Shown here: one piece after another, positions 41,626 to 52,179 of the stretch
Layout of the letters: each line of letters starts with the position of its first letter
Numbering within the stretch: the first letter of the stretch is position 1
DNA from: an uncultured Chloroflexia bacterium
GTDB lineage: Bacteria; Chloroflexota; Limnocylindria; Limnocylindrales; CSP1-4
Assembly: GCA_963838285.1 (NCBI GenBank)
Contig: CAWIQP010000004.1
Coordinates: 397,752-461,751 of the forward strand
Direction: 5' to 3'
Length of the DNA: 64,000 bases
Position numbers and translations under genes: made by a program
Notes under the pieces: generated by a model
Databases searched by the model: none
Seen by the model: the letters and a program-made list of their open reading frames with translations, nothing else
Told to the model about the DNA's origin: nothing

Positions 41626-42561
41626 ATGCAGTCGCGATTCCGCGTCGTCGGGCTTCTCGCAGCGGCGGCGCTCGCCATCGGTGCCTGCTCCAGCAGCGCC
41701 GCCACGGCGGCTCCGTCCAGTGGAACCGCGGTCGTGGCCACCGCGCCGGCCGGTCAGCTGATCAAGGCCGGGACTCTGACGGTCTGCTCCGATACGAGCT
41801 ATGCGCCCCAGGAGTCCCTCGACGCCAGCAACAACGCCGTTGGCTCGGACATCGATCTTGCGACCGAGATCGCGGCCCGCATGGGCCTCACGCTGAAGGT
41901 CCAGTCGACCACGTTCGACTCGATCATCCCGGCCCTCCAGGGCGGCAGCTGTGACGTCATCATCTCGGCCCAGACGATCACGAGCGACCGCCTCGCGGCC
42001 GTCGACATGATCCCCTACTTCGCCGCAGGCCAGTCATTCGTTGTCCTCGCGGGCAACCCGGACAAGATCAACTCCATCGATGACCTGTGCGGCAAGGGCG
42101 TGGCTGCCGAGAAGGGCACGATCGAGGCCGATCACGTCGGCGGCACCGGCTCGGGTTACGACAACACCAACAGCCTCGACGCCAACTGCACGGCCAAGGG
42201 CAAGGCGGCCATCACGCTTCAGCAGTTCGATGCGGACACCAACGCGCTGGCGGCCCTCCAGGCCGGCACGGTTGTTGCCCACTTCACCGATGAGCCGGTC
42301 GCCGGCTACGAAGTGGCCCAGAGCGCGGGCAAGTTCATGCTCGTCTCGTCGATGACCCTCGAGCGCGGCGCCGAAGGCATCAGCGTCCTCAAGACCAAGA
42401 CCGGGCTGCGCGACGCGGTCAAGGCGGCGTTGCTGTCCATGATGAACGACGGCACGTACACCACGATCCTCACGAAGTGGGGCGTGCAGTCGGGTGGGAT
42501 CACGCCCGCCGACGTGAACGCGACCCCGGCGCCGGCGGCCGCCACGGCGGCGGCCTCCTAG
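41626..42561 (+). CDS. polar amino-acid ABC transporter substrate-binding lipoprotein (SBP_bac_3)
   Basis: AGGAGGAACACC RBS. Lipobox IGACSS. Family-3 SBP fold. Confidence 0.85.
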   Translation: MQSRFRVVGLLAAAALAIGACSSSAATAAPSSGTAVVATAPAGQLIKAGTLTVCSDTSYAPQESLDASNNAVGSDIDLATEIAARMGLTLKVQSTTFDSIIPALQGGSCDVIISAQTITSDRLAAVDMIPYFAAGQSFVVLAGNPDKINSIDDLCGKGVAAEKGTIEADHVGGTGSGYDNTNSLDANCTAKGKAAITLQQFDADTNALAALQAGTVVAHFTDEPVAGYEVAQSAGKFMLVSSMTLERGAEGISVLKTKTGLRDAVKAALLSMMNDGTYTTILTKWGVQSGGITPADVNATPAPAAATAAAS

Positions 42562-42591
42562 AACACCTCGAAACCTGACCCGGACGACGCG

Positions 42592-43479
42592 ATGACCGCG
42601 TCCACGTTCAACCGTTCGGGCACCCGGCGGGCTTTGCTTGCCGGGTGCCTCTTCATCGTTGCGATATCCGTAAGCGGCTGCGCTTTCACCGACAGCATCA
42701 GGCCGCAATTCTTCTGGGACTCGCTCTTCCATCCGAGCCCGGCGCTGGTGAACGGGATCGGGCTCACGCTCGTGATCTCCGTGGTGGCCCAGTTCCTCGG
42801 CGTCATCCTCGGAGTCATCGCCGCCATCGCGAAGATGGCGAAGTTCTTCCTGTTCCGACTTGTCGCCAACCTCTACGTCTGGTTCTTCCGAGGCACGCCC
42901 CTGCTCGTCCAGCTGATGTTCTTCTACTACGGCTTCCCGAGCGCCGGGATCTTCAAGTGGCCGGCCATCGTGATCGGCCCGCTGAACATCCTGCCTGAGG
43001 TGCTGGCCGGAGTGGTCATCCTCGGCATCAACGAGGGTGCCTACATGGCGGAGATCGTCCGAGCTGGAATACTCTCGGTGGATCCGGGTCAGACCGAGGC
43101 ATCCAAGTCCCTCGGCATGACATACGGCCAGACGATGAGGCGCATCGTCCTGCCGCAGGCCGCGCGCGTCATCATTCCGCCGCTCGGCAACGAGTTCAAC
43201 AACATGCTCAAGACGACGTCGTTGCTGACCGTCATCAGCGTGTTCGAGCTGTACAACACGACGTCCGTGGCCGCGGGCCGTTCGTACGCCTACTTCGAGC
43301 TCTTCGCCGGCGCCGCGGTCTGGTATCTGCTGATGACGACGGTCTGGGGTGTTGTCCAGTCCTGGATAGAGAAGCGCTTCGCCAAGGGAACCGGAACTTC
43401 TCAGTCCGGAGCGTCCGGTCCACGCAGAGAGGGCTTCGCTGCCAGGTTCATGTCGCTAAGGGCGCCGATCGAACAATGA
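42592..43479 (+). CDS. amino-acid ABC transporter permease (His/Glu/Gln/Arg/opine family)
   Basis: EAA-type loop [33 protein letters not shown]. Confidence 0.9.
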   Translation: MTASTFNRSGTRRALLAGCLFIVAISVSGCAFTDSIRPQFFWDSLFHPSPALVNGIGLTLVISVVAQFLGVILGVIAAIAKMAKFFLFRLVANLYVWFFRGTPLLVQLMFFYYGFPSAGIFKWPAIVIGPLNILPEVLAGVVILGINEGAYMAEIVRAGILSVDPGQTEASKSLGMTYGQTMRRIVLPQAARVIIPPLGNEFNNMLKTTSLLTVISVFELYNTTSVAAGRSYAYFELFAGAAVWYLLMTTVWGVVQSWIEKRFAKGTGTSQSGASGPRREGFAARFMSLRAPIEQ

Positions 43480-44351
43480 CTAGCGTGACAAGTGACCTTC
43501 TTGGCGCCATCGGCGGCGTGCCTCGGCCCGATGTTGACGTCGTGGTCGATGCCCGCGACGTCAACAAGTGGTTTGGCCGGCTGCACGTCCTGAAGAACGT
43601 GTGTCTCCAGGTCAAGCGCCAGGAGACGGTCGTCGTCATCGGACCCTCCGGGTCGGGCAAGACGACTTTCATCCGCTGCATGAATCACCTGGAGAAGATC
43701 CAGAGCGGCCGCATATTCGTGAACGGCCACCTCATCGGCTATCGGGAGACTCCTGCCGGCCGATTGAGGCTGCCCACCTTCGGGCGGCGAGGCGGGGCCG
43801 CCCCCGGATCGATGAGGCTGGTCGAGGACAAGGAGAAGAACATCGCTCTGCAGCGCCAGGAGATCGGCATGGTCTTCCAGCGCTTCAACCTGTTCCCACA
43901 CATGACGGCCCTCGAGAACATCATCGAGGCACCGATCCACGTGCGCGGAATGGGCCATGACGAGGCTGTGGCTGTCGGCCGGGCGCTGCTCGAGCGAGTC
44001 GGCCTCGCGGCCAAGGAGAGCGTCTACCCGAACCAGCTCTCCGGCGGGCAGCAGCAGCGCATCGCCATCGCGCGAGCTCTTGCCATGAAGCCCGCCCTGA
44101 TGCTCTTCGACGAGCCAACCTCCGCCCTGGACCCCGAGATGATCGGCGAGGTGCTGGAGGTCATGAAGGAGCTGGCCCGCGAGGGCATGACAATGGTCGT
44201 CGTAAGCCACGAGATGGGCTTTGCCCGCGAAGTGGCCAACCGCGTCGTCATGATGGACGACGGCGTGGTCGTCGAAGAGGGCACGCCCGACCAGGTATTC
44301 AGCGCGCCAACCCAAGAACGCACGAAGGCCTTCCTCTCGAAGATCCTGTAG
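43476..44351 (+). CDS. amino-acid ABC transporter ATP-binding protein
   Basis: Walker [10 protein letters not shown], signature LSGGQQQR, Walker [13 protein letters not shown]. Carries a ~25-aa insertion before the Q-loop. Confidence 0.9.
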   Translation: MTSVTSDLLGAIGGVPRPDVDVVVDARDVNKWFGRLHVLKNVCLQVKRQETVVVIGPSGSGKTTFIRCMNHLEKIQSGRIFVNGHLIGYRETPAGRLRLPTFGRRGGAAPGSMRLVEDKEKNIALQRQEIGMVFQRFNLFPHMTALENIIEAPIHVRGMGHDEAVAVGRALLERVGLAAKESVYPNQLSGGQQQRIAIARALAMKPALMLFDEPTSALDPEMIGEVLEVMKELAREGMTMVVVSHEMGFAREVANRVVMMDDGVVVEEGTPDQVFSAPTQERTKAFLSKIL

Positions 44352-44521
44352 CGGCCGCCCGCCCCGGGCGCGGCACGGAGCGGCGTGGCGGCGCGCGGGG
44401 CGACAGGGCGCAGGGGGCGACAGGGCGCAGGGGCCTTGGGCCCCGGCTCGGGCACGTCAGCGAAAGCGCGGCTACCGATCCCCGCGTGCCTGCGAACGAG
44501 CGGCGGGCCTCGAGCCGCCGC

Positions 44522-45556
44522 CTACTCGACCCAGGTCGGGTCGCCGACGAGGCGGGCCCGGAGATCCGCCCGGCGTTCCTCCGGGAGCCAGCAGCTCTCC
44601 ACGGCGTTGAGCAGGAGAGTGCGAACGTCGGCGTCGGTGAAGCCGAGCCGGGTCTGCACGGCCGCCAGCTCGCCAGCCAGTGACAGCCCGAACATCGCGG
44701 GGTCATCGGTAGAGACACTGACCAGCACACCCGCATCCAGGAACCGCCGGATCGGGTGCTCCTCCAGCGAAGCCAGGGCGCCGGTTGCCACGTTGGAGCC
44801 CGGGCACGCCGTCACCGGGAGCCGCCGCTCGGCGAGATAGGCTACGAGCATGGGGTCGTCTGCGGCCCGCAGCCCATGGTCAATCCGGTCCACGCCCAGG
44901 GCCTTGATCGCGCCCCAGACGCTCTCGGGGCCGGCGACCTCGCCGGCATGGGCGGTGGTTCGCAGCCCGAGGTCGCGCGCTCGCGCGTACACGGTCGCGA
45001 ACGGCTCGGGCGGGTAGAGCTGCTCGGAGCCGCCCAGGCCGATGCCGATCACCCCGGCCTCGGCGGCAACCTCGGCCACTTCGGCGAGCGTACGCGCGCC
45101 GGCGGCCGGACCGTAGTCGCGGCACAGATCGGCGATGAGCGCCACCTCCACGCCGGCGACCGAGTCGAGGCCTCTCCGGAGCGCCAGCGACACTTCCTGC
45201 GTCGACAGGCCCGCGGCCGCGTCGGCGGGCGTGTAGAACGCTTCCGCGTAGACGATCCGCCGGCGCAGCAACTCGCCGGCCACTGCCGCGCCGACCAGCT
45301 CGTAGTCCGCCGCCTCGCGCAGGAAACCCTGCTTCCACGTCCATTTGTCGATGAACTCGGGGAAGTCGCGATACGTGAAATAGCCCCGCAGCGACTCGAG
45401 GCTCGGCACGCGGGGGTCGCCGCCGTACTTGCCGATGAGCCGCCACAGCGCCGCGTCCGGGATGGCGCCCTCGAGATGCAGGTGCAGCTCGACTTTCGGA
45501 ACGCGCTCGAGCCACTCGCGCCGTACCGGGTGACCGACCTTGTCCTCCGAGGTCAC
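44522..45556 (-). CDS. adenosine/adenine deaminase-family amidohydrolase (paralog 2)
   Basis: KVELHLHLEGA, TAHAGE, VSTDDPAMF. Confidence 0.8.
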   Translation of the reverse strand: MTSEDKVGHPVRREWLERVPKVELHLHLEGAIPDAALWRLIGKYGGDPRVPSLESLRGYFTYRDFPEFIDKWTWKQGFLREAADYELVGAAVAGELLRRRIVYAEAFYTPADAAAGLSTQEVSLALRRGLDSVAGVEVALIADLCRDYGPAAGARTLAEVAEVAAEAGVIGIGLGGSEQLYPPEPFATVYARARDLGLRTTAHAGEVAGPESVWGAIKALGVDRIDHGLRAADDPMLVAYLAERRLPVTACPGSNVATGALASLEEHPIRRFLDAGVLVSVSTDDPAMFGLSLAGELAAVQTRLGFTDADVRTLLLNAVESCWLPEERRADLRARLVGDPTWVE

Positions 45557-45577
45557 GCGCTCCCCTCCTCTTCCCGC

Positions 45578-46711
45578 TCAGTCGGGCCGGTAGATCACTC
45601 GCCCGTCCGCGTCGACGGTCGGTCCGGGACGGCCTGCGCCCGCGGATGCCGGCGAGGCTCCCGCGCTCGCGACAACGCCAGAACCCGCGCCCGCCCCCGC
45701 CGACGCCAGGGCCCGGGCGGCCCGCCGCGCCTCCGCACCGGGCACCTGGTCGCGGGCGTGGTAGCTCGACCGAACCAGCGGGCCCGACTCGACGTGCTTG
45801 AAGCCCAGCGCCAGCGCCTCCTCGCGCATCTCGGCGAACTCGTCGGGGTGGTAGTAGCGCTCGACCGGCAGGTGCTCCGGCGACGGCCGCAGATACTGCC
45901 CCAGCGTCAGGATGTCGCAGTCGACCGCCCGCAGGTCGAGGAACGTCTGACGCAGCTCCGGCCGCGTCTCGCCGAGACCGACCATGATCGAGGACTTGGT
46001 GTGCACCGCCGCCGCTTCGTCCGACCCGGCGAATTCGCGCGCGTACGCCTTCGCCCGCAGGAGCACGCCGAGCGATCGGTCGTATCGGGCCCGTTTCCGA
46101 ACCGGCTTCTGCAGCCGCGCCACCGTCTCGACGTTGTGATTCAGGATGTCGGGGCCGGCCGCCATGACGGTGCGCAGCGGTCCTTCCTCGCCGTTGAAGT
46201 CGGGGATCAGCACCTCCACGCCCATGCCCGGGCAGGCGGCGCGAAGGCGGCGGATCGTCTCCGCGAAGATGCCGGCGCCGCCGTCGTCGAGGTCGTCGCG
46301 GGCCACGCTGGTGATGACCACGTGGTCGAGGCCCAGGCCGCGGATCGCCTCGGCGACCCGACGCGGCTCGTCCAGGTCGTGGACCAGGGGCTTGCCCGTC
46401 TTTACGGCGCAGAACCCGCAGGCTCGGGTGCAGGTGTCGCCGAGGATCATGACCGTCGCCGTGCGCTGGTCCCAGCACTCCCCGACGTTGGGGCAGCGCG
46501 CCTCCTCGCAGACGGTGTTGAGGGTCAGCCCGTGGAGAAGCCGCCGGACCTCCTGGTAGGTCTCGCCGGACGGGATGCGGGCCTTTATCCAGTCGGGATG
46601 GCGCCGCGGCGCGGTCGAACCGTCGGCGGCAGTCTCAAAGGTGCCGCCGCCCATCGCTATGGTCGGCGGCAGCACGCGCGGCGCCGTATCGGTTCTGGTC
46701 GAGTCGGACAT
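45578..46711 (-). CDS. lipA: lipoyl synthase
   Basis: Radical-SAM CxxxCxxC (CTRACGFC) plus the N-terminal auxiliary-cluster cysteines CEEARCPNVGEC. Confidence 0.9.
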   Translation of the reverse strand: MSDSTRTDTAPRVLPPTIAMGGGTFETAADGSTAPRRHPDWIKARIPSGETYQEVRRLLHGLTLNTVCEEARCPNVGECWDQRTATVMILGDTCTRACGFCAVKTGKPLVHDLDEPRRVAEAIRGLGLDHVVITSVARDDLDDGGAGIFAETIRRLRAACPGMGVEVLIPDFNGEEGPLRTVMAAGPDILNHNVETVARLQKPVRKRARYDRSLGVLLRAKAYAREFAGSDEAAAVHTKSSIMVGLGETRPELRQTFLDLRAVDCDILTLGQYLRPSPEHLPVERYYHPDEFAEMREEALALGFKHVESGPLVRSSYHARDQVPGAEARRAARALASAGAGAGSGVVASAGASPASAGAGRPGPTVDADGRVIYRPD

Positions 46712-46743
46712 TGGGGGTGAGCCTGCCAGCGCTTGGATGGTGA

Positions 46744-48249
46744 CTAGTAGATCGGCGTGTCGGGCCCTACGGCCTCGAGCCAGCAGATCACGTCGCGGAC
46801 GAATCGGCCGACCTGGGCGCCGTCGGTGGCACGGTGATCGTACCCGGCCACGAGATTCATCATCGACCGCACCGCTATCACGTCGCCCTCCGGAGTCTCC
46901 CGGACGACGGGCCGCTTGACGACCGCCTCGGTGGTCAGGATGCAGACCTCGGGCGTGTTGATGATCGGGACGGTGAGGATCGACCCGAACCAGCCGGTGT
47001 TGTCGACCGTGAAAGTGCCGCCCCCGAGATCCTCGACCCGGAGCCTGTTCGATCGGGCTCGAGAGGCCAGATCCTGTATCGCCCGGTTGATGCCGCTGAT
47101 CGACAACCGATCGGCGTCGCGTATCACCGGCACGATGAGGCCTCCGCCCTGCGGCCCCTCGACGGCGATGGCGATGCCGATGTTGATGCGGCGTTTGCGC
47201 AGCAGACCGGCGTCGGTGTAGTGGGCGTTGAGATCCGGGCTGCCGTGCAGCGCCTCGACGACGGCTTTGACCACGAACGGCAGGAAGCTCAGCCCGACGC
47301 CCTCGCGAGCCTTGTACGAATCGGCCTGGGCTCGGCGAAGGTTCACCACGGCCGTCATGTCGACTTCGAACGTGCTGTGAGCCACCGGCACCGCCGCGGC
47401 GCGGGTCATCTGGGCGGCAATGCCGCGACGCATCTGGCTGTGCGGGACGAGAACCTCGTCCTGGTCCGGTTCCCAGGCAACGCCGTGGGCGGACGGCGAT
47501 GGTGAAGGCGCGCCCGGAGCCAGGCCCGGCGCATGGCTCGGGAGGCCGGGCACGGGTGCCCGAAGGGCGTCCGCGAAGACGGCGGCCTGGTCGGCCGCAG
47601 TGGCGATTCCCGGCCACGACGAGGGCTCGGCGGCAGTGGCGGCTCCCCTCCCCGTGGCCGAAGCGGGAGTGGCGGCTCCGCTCCCCGTGGCGCCGCGCTC
47701 GACAAAGGTAATCACGTCGTCGCGAGTGATCCGGCCGGCATGGCCCGTACCCACGATCTGCACCGGCGAGAGGCTGTACCGGCGCATCAGCATCCGCACG
47801 GCCGGCGTCATGCGCGCGTTCGGGTCGCCGACCGCCAAAGCTGGCAGAGCCTGGGGTTGGGCGGCGCGAGTGGCGGTAGCGACAGGAGTGGCAGGAGTTG
47901 CCGGCGCGGCCGGCGCGGCCGGGCTCGGAGCCACGACGGCGGCCGCGGGAGCCGCCGCCTTCGCGGCGGCAGTGCCCGCTCCACGGGGAGTGGCCCCGGC
48001 CGAGGCCGGCATCGCCACTTCCTCTATCTCCGCAATCTCGACCATATGCGGAACCGTCTGCCCCTCGGCGACCAGGATCTTTCGCAGCACGCCCTCGAAC
48101 GGCGACGGAACCTCCGCGTTGACCTTGTCGGTGATGACCTCGAGAAGCGGCTCGTCCTTGGCCACGGCGTCGCCCGGTTGCTTGAGCCACTTCCCGATCG
48201 TCCCCTCGGCCACGCTCTCGCCCAGCTGGGGCATGGTCACCTTGGCCAC
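46744..48249 (-). CDS. 2-oxo-acid dehydrogenase E2 component (dihydrolipoamide acyltransferase)
   Basis: Lipoyl domain ITDKVNAEVPSP, Ala/Pro linkers, E3-binding domain, catalytic DHRATDG. GTG start behind a GGGAGGAG RBS. An alternative ATG start is at 48234. Confidence 0.85.
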   Translation of the reverse strand: MAKVTMPQLGESVAEGTIGKWLKQPGDAVAKDEPLLEVITDKVNAEVPSPFEGVLRKILVAEGQTVPHMVEIAEIEEVAMPASAGATPRGAGTAAAKAAAPAAAVVAPSPAAPAAPATPATPVATATRAAQPQALPALAVGDPNARMTPAVRMLMRRYSLSPVQIVGTGHAGRITRDDVITFVERGATGSGAATPASATGRGAATAAEPSSWPGIATAADQAAVFADALRAPVPGLPSHAPGLAPGAPSPSPSAHGVAWEPDQDEVLVPHSQMRRGIAAQMTRAAAVPVAHSTFEVDMTAVVNLRRAQADSYKAREGVGLSFLPFVVKAVVEALHGSPDLNAHYTDAGLLRKRRINIGIAIAVEGPQGGGLIVPVIRDADRLSISGINRAIQDLASRARSNRLRVEDLGGGTFTVDNTGWFGSILTVPIINTPEVCILTTEAVVKRPVVRETPEGDVIAVRSMMNLVAGYDHRATDGAQVGRFVRDVICWLEAVGPDTPIY

Positions 48250-48511
48250 TAAACGCTCCTCCCGCGAGGTCCCGGCACGTCCTGCGTGCCGCAGGGCAAG
48301 ATCGATCGCCGGTCCGACCGGCGAGGTGGCCCTAGTTTGGCCCATTTCGGGCGCGATTGGGGGAGGCGGGCGAACGAGGCGCGCTCTGCGGACTGCCGGC
48401 GCCCCTCGCGGGCCGCATTCCTCGCGGGCGACAGCCGCGCTCACCGCCGGAGGCCCTCGCAGCCGGCCACGCCGCGCTAGGCTTTGGCGCGTCGTCTCGA
48501 GCGGGAGGCAT

Positions 48512-49108
48512 ATGGCCGAGATCGTCCTGTTCCACTCGGCTCTTGGAATGCGGCCCGGCGTGGTCGCGGCCGCCGACCGGCTGCGCGCGGCCGGCCACAA
48601 AGTCCACACACCCGATCTCTTCCCCGGCGAGGCGCCGCTCGACACGTACGCACCCGCCGCCGGCCGTTTGCGCGCCGTCGGCCCGGCGGAGATCGAAGAC
48701 CGCGCCACTGCTGCCGTGGATTCGCTCCCGTCGTCGCTCGTCTATGCCGGCTTCTCGATAGGTGCAAGCCTCGCTGCCCGGCTCGCGGCGACTCGGCCGG
48801 GCGCCAGGGCGGCGATCCTGCTGAGCGGCGCTCCCCGGCCCGCGTCAATCGGGCTTGCCGCCTGGCCAGCCTCCGTTCCGATGCAAATCCACTTCAAGAC
48901 TCGAGATCCGTATCGGAGCGGCCGGGCGATCGACGAGCTCTCCACGCTGGTCCGGGCCTCCGGCGCGGAGTGTTCGATCTTCGAATACAAGGGTTCCGCC
49001 CACCTGTTCGCGGATCCGAGCCTTCCTTCGGCCTACGACCCCGAAGCGGCCGACCTGATGTGGCGCCGCGTCCTCGATCTGCTCGCGAAGCTGGACCCAA
49101 CGCCATGA
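48512..49108 (+). CDS. dienelactone hydrolase-family protein
   Basis: GGGAGG RBS. alpha/beta fold with GFSIGAS nucleophile elbow. Confidence 0.7.
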   Translation: MAEIVLFHSALGMRPGVVAAADRLRAAGHKVHTPDLFPGEAPLDTYAPAAGRLRAVGPAEIEDRATAAVDSLPSSLVYAGFSIGASLAARLAATRPGARAAILLSGAPRPASIGLAAWPASVPMQIHFKTRDPYRSGRAIDELSTLVRASGAECSIFEYKGSAHLFADPSLPSAYDPEAADLMWRRVLDLLAKLDPTP

Positions 49109-49689
49109 TCTCGGAGTGGCACCCGTCCCGGGCGACGATGGTGGGCTGGGCGATCGCCCAGATCCCGATGGCGGCCGCAGGGCTCGTCGTCTACCTGGGC
49201 ATCGCTCTCGGCGGAGCCATCCACACGGCGGCGACGATCTCGCTGGTCCAGATCGCCGTGGTCCTGGTTTTGACCCTTCTGCTGGCGGCAATCCACGAGG
49301 CCGTCCACGGCATCGTCATGCTCGCGTTCGGTGCGAAGCCGGAGTTCGGCGTGCTCCGGGTGGACGGTGTTCCGGCCGGCTTCTACGCGACCGCGCCGGG
49401 CCATCGCTTCGGCCGCAGGGCGTACCTGGTCGTCTGTCTGGCCCCGCTCGCCGTCCTGGCCCCGCTGGGCGTCCCGGCCTGCAGGCTTCCCTTCGGGGCG
49501 TATCTGGTCGTGCCGTTCGCGATCCATCTGGCCGGCTGCATCGGCGACCTGGACATCTTCCGGCACGTCCTTGCCGCACCGTCGGACGCCCTCGTCGAGG
49601 ATCTGCGCGACGGGATGCGTCTCTGGCGGGCCGATCCGGAGCCCTCCGGCAGCCCGCCGCCCGCCCCCGGGAAGACGCCTACGCGTTGA
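49105..49689 (+). CDS. DUF3267-like membrane protein
   Basis: ATGA start/stop overlap with the upstream gene. HEAVHG motif. Four TM segments. Confidence 0.55.
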   Translation: MISEWHPSRATMVGWAIAQIPMAAAGLVVYLGIALGGAIHTAATISLVQIAVVLVLTLLLAAIHEAVHGIVMLAFGAKPEFGVLRVDGVPAGFYATAPGHRFGRRAYLVVCLAPLAVLAPLGVPACRLPFGAYLVVPFAIHLAGCIGDLDIFRHVLAAPSDALVEDLRDGMRLWRADPEPSGSPPPAPGKTPTR

Positions 49690-51118
49690 TCTGGCGACCC
49701 GCTACGGCCATGGCGGCCTCGCCGACCACCTCGGCCAGGGTCGGGTGCGGATGCGTGGCGGCGCCGATCTCCCAGGCCGTGGCCTCGAGAGTCATGCCCA
49801 GCGCCGCTTCCGCGATCAGATCCGTCACCGCGGGCCCGATCAGATGCACGCCCAGCACCTCGTCCGTCGTCGCATCGGCGATCACCTTGGCGAAGCCCTC
49901 GGTCTCGCCCACGATGACAGCCTTGGCGATCGCGGCGAAGTTGAAGACGCCCTTCTTGACCGCGATGCCCCGCTCTGCGCATTGCTGCTCGGTCAGGCCG
50001 ATGGACGCCACCTGGGGATGCGTGTACGTCGCCCGCGGCTGGTGGTCGTAGTCGATGGCCTCGGGCCCCTCCCCGGCGATCTCGTGGACGGCAACGATTC
50101 CCTCGTGCGCCGCCACGTGGGCCAGCATCAATCCGCCGATCGCGTCGCCGATCGCGTAGACGTGCTCCTGAGCGGTTCGCATCCAGCCGTCGACCTTGAC
50201 GAAGCCCCGCTCGAGCTCGACCTTGGTCTTCTCGAGACCGAGGTCCTCCGTGTTCGGCGCTCGACCGGTTGCGACCAGCAGCTGCTCGACGCGGAGCTCC
50301 TCGGAGATGCCGCCGTCCGGGCCCACCAGCATCGAAACGCCGTCGGCCGTCACCTTGACCGCGGCCGTGTCGAAGCGGGCCTTCGTCACGACCTTGATTC
50401 CGCGGCGGGTGAAGCTCCGCTCGAGAGCGGCGCTGAGGTCGCGATCTTCGAGCGGAACGATCGCCGGCAGGTACTCGAGGAGGGTCACGGAGACGCCCAG
50501 ATCGTGGTAGAGCGAGGCGAACTCCGACCCGACCGCGCCCGCGCCGACGATGGCGATCGACTTCGGCAGGACCGCCTTGGTCGTCACGTCGTCCGAGGTG
50601 ATGACCCGGCGGCCGTCGGGAACCAGCCCCGGCAGGCTCTTGACGCGGCTGCCGGTGGCCACGATCACGTTCTTCGCGGTGACGACTCGCTCTCCACCGG
50701 CGCCCGGCGTTCCGTCCTCGCCGTTGAGCTGGACGCGAATCGTCGTCGGCCCGTCGAAGCGGCCGCGGCCGCCAATCCACGTCACTTTGTTCTTGTCGAC
50801 GAGGCCGCGCAGTCCCGTCCACATCCGCTTCACGACCTGGTCGCGGCGCTTCGCGATGACCTCGAAGTCGAACCCGGGCTGGCCCTCGAGCAGGATGCCG
50901 AACTCCTTCGCCTTCTTGAGGCGCGCGAACAGCTCGGCCGACTCCAGGAGCGCCTTGGTCGGGATGCAGCCGACGTGCAGGCACGTGCCTCCGATCTTGC
51001 CCTGATCCACGAGGGCGACGTTCATCCCCAGCTGGGCGGCTCGGAAGGCGGCGGTGTATCCGCCGGTACCGGCGCCGAGGACGATCAGATCGAAGTCGGG
51101 GTTGGAGCCTGGGGCCAT
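49679..51118 (-). CDS. lpdA: dihydrolipoyl dehydrogenase (E3)
   Basis: GAGTGGY FAD motif, redox-active disulfide GGTCLHVGCIPTK, C-terminal HAHPTL. Confidence 0.95.
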   Translation of the reverse strand: MAPGSNPDFDLIVLGAGTGGYTAAFRAAQLGMNVALVDQGKIGGTCLHVGCIPTKALLESAELFARLKKAKEFGILLEGQPGFDFEVIAKRRDQVVKRMWTGLRGLVDKNKVTWIGGRGRFDGPTTIRVQLNGEDGTPGAGGERVVTAKNVIVATGSRVKSLPGLVPDGRRVITSDDVTTKAVLPKSIAIVGAGAVGSEFASLYHDLGVSVTLLEYLPAIVPLEDRDLSAALERSFTRRGIKVVTKARFDTAAVKVTADGVSMLVGPDGGISEELRVEQLLVATGRAPNTEDLGLEKTKVELERGFVKVDGWMRTAQEHVYAIGDAIGGLMLAHVAAHEGIVAVHEIAGEGPEAIDYDHQPRATYTHPQVASIGLTEQQCAERGIAVKKGVFNFAAIAKAVIVGETEGFAKVIADATTDEVLGVHLIGPAVTDLIAEAALGMTLEATAWEIGAATHPHPTLAEVVGEAAMAVAGRQINA

Positions 51119-51363
51119 GGGAATGCGGCCTCGCGCTACGAGTGTTGGCTGAGCAGTGGAGACGCGGCTCGGGCGCGCCGCTGCCGGCATCGTAGTTGAG
51201 GGGCACGCAGGCGGCAACCACGCCGCCCGATGGTCACGCCCCGCGCCACTCGGGATGGATCCGGAGCGGAGCCGGTGCCACGCCCCGGCTCATCGCCGCG
51301 CGGCCTCTAAACGAAACGACCCGGGCCTCGAAGCCCGGGTCGCTCGCTCGACTTGTGTCGGAG

Positions 51364-51684
51364 TCAGTTGCCGCGGACGGAGCGGAAGCAGTCGCTGCAG
51401 TAGACGGGCTTGCCGTTGGTCGGACGGAACGGCACTTCGGTGGAGCGCCCGCATCGGCTGCATGTCGCCGGGAACATCTCGCGCGGGCCCCGGTCGTATC
51501 CGCCACCGAACCCGCCGGCGTGGCCCGTGCCGCCCTCGGGGCGGGACGCCTTCCGGGCGCTGCGACACGAGGCGCATCTCTTGGGTTCGGTGAAGCCGCG
51601 CTGGGCGTAGAAGTCCTGCTCGCTGGCGGTGAATACGAATTGCTGGTTGCAGTCGGCGCAGACGAGAATCTTGTCCGTGTACAC
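51364..51684 (-). CDS. conserved zinc-ribbon domain protein (two CxxC...CxxC fingers)
   Basis: CADCNQQFVFTASEQDFYAQRGF...CASC and CSRCG...CSDC. Confidence 0.7.
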   Translation of the reverse strand: MYTDKILVCADCNQQFVFTASEQDFYAQRGFTEPKRCASCRSARKASRPEGGTGHAGGFGGGYDRGPREMFPATCSRCGRSTEVPFRPTNGKPVYCSDCFRSVRGN

Positions 51685-52179
51685 GGGACCCCGAAGCTCC
51701 TCTCAGTAGCCGCTCCCTCCGTGTCCTCGCGGCTGCGCGTGAGAGGCCCGGTCGTCGTGCTACTTGGACGCGCCCGCGGCCAGCCCGCGGACTTTGCGGC
51801 GGGATTGTACGTCCGGCGACGCGGCGTGCATAGAGTTGTCGATGGCCGACGTTTGCGCCGACCGCGCCATTCGAGATCTCGATCTCTACTCGCGATCGAC
51901 CATCCTCGTGTGAGATGAGCCGGGGTCCGAAGGCGCGGGAAATACGCCGCTTGGCTCCCCGCGCGATGGACGCGCCACGAGGAGCGCACGCGTGACGCTC
52001 AGGCGCGCCCGCACGACTGGCTCAGGACCGGGCTCACATCCCCGCCACGGCCGAGCGCCCGCATCGACCACACATAACCGAACCGCTCCGCCCGGTCGCA
52101 AGCGCGATACCGGCATCGTTCGGGCGCCCCGTGCCCAAACAAAAGCCGCGCTCTGCCGAACGGCGCTGACGAATCCCGA

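Noticed and set aside
49331-51199. 622-aa plus-strand ORF
   Set aside because: It is antisense to lpdA, which has unmistakable E3 motifs.
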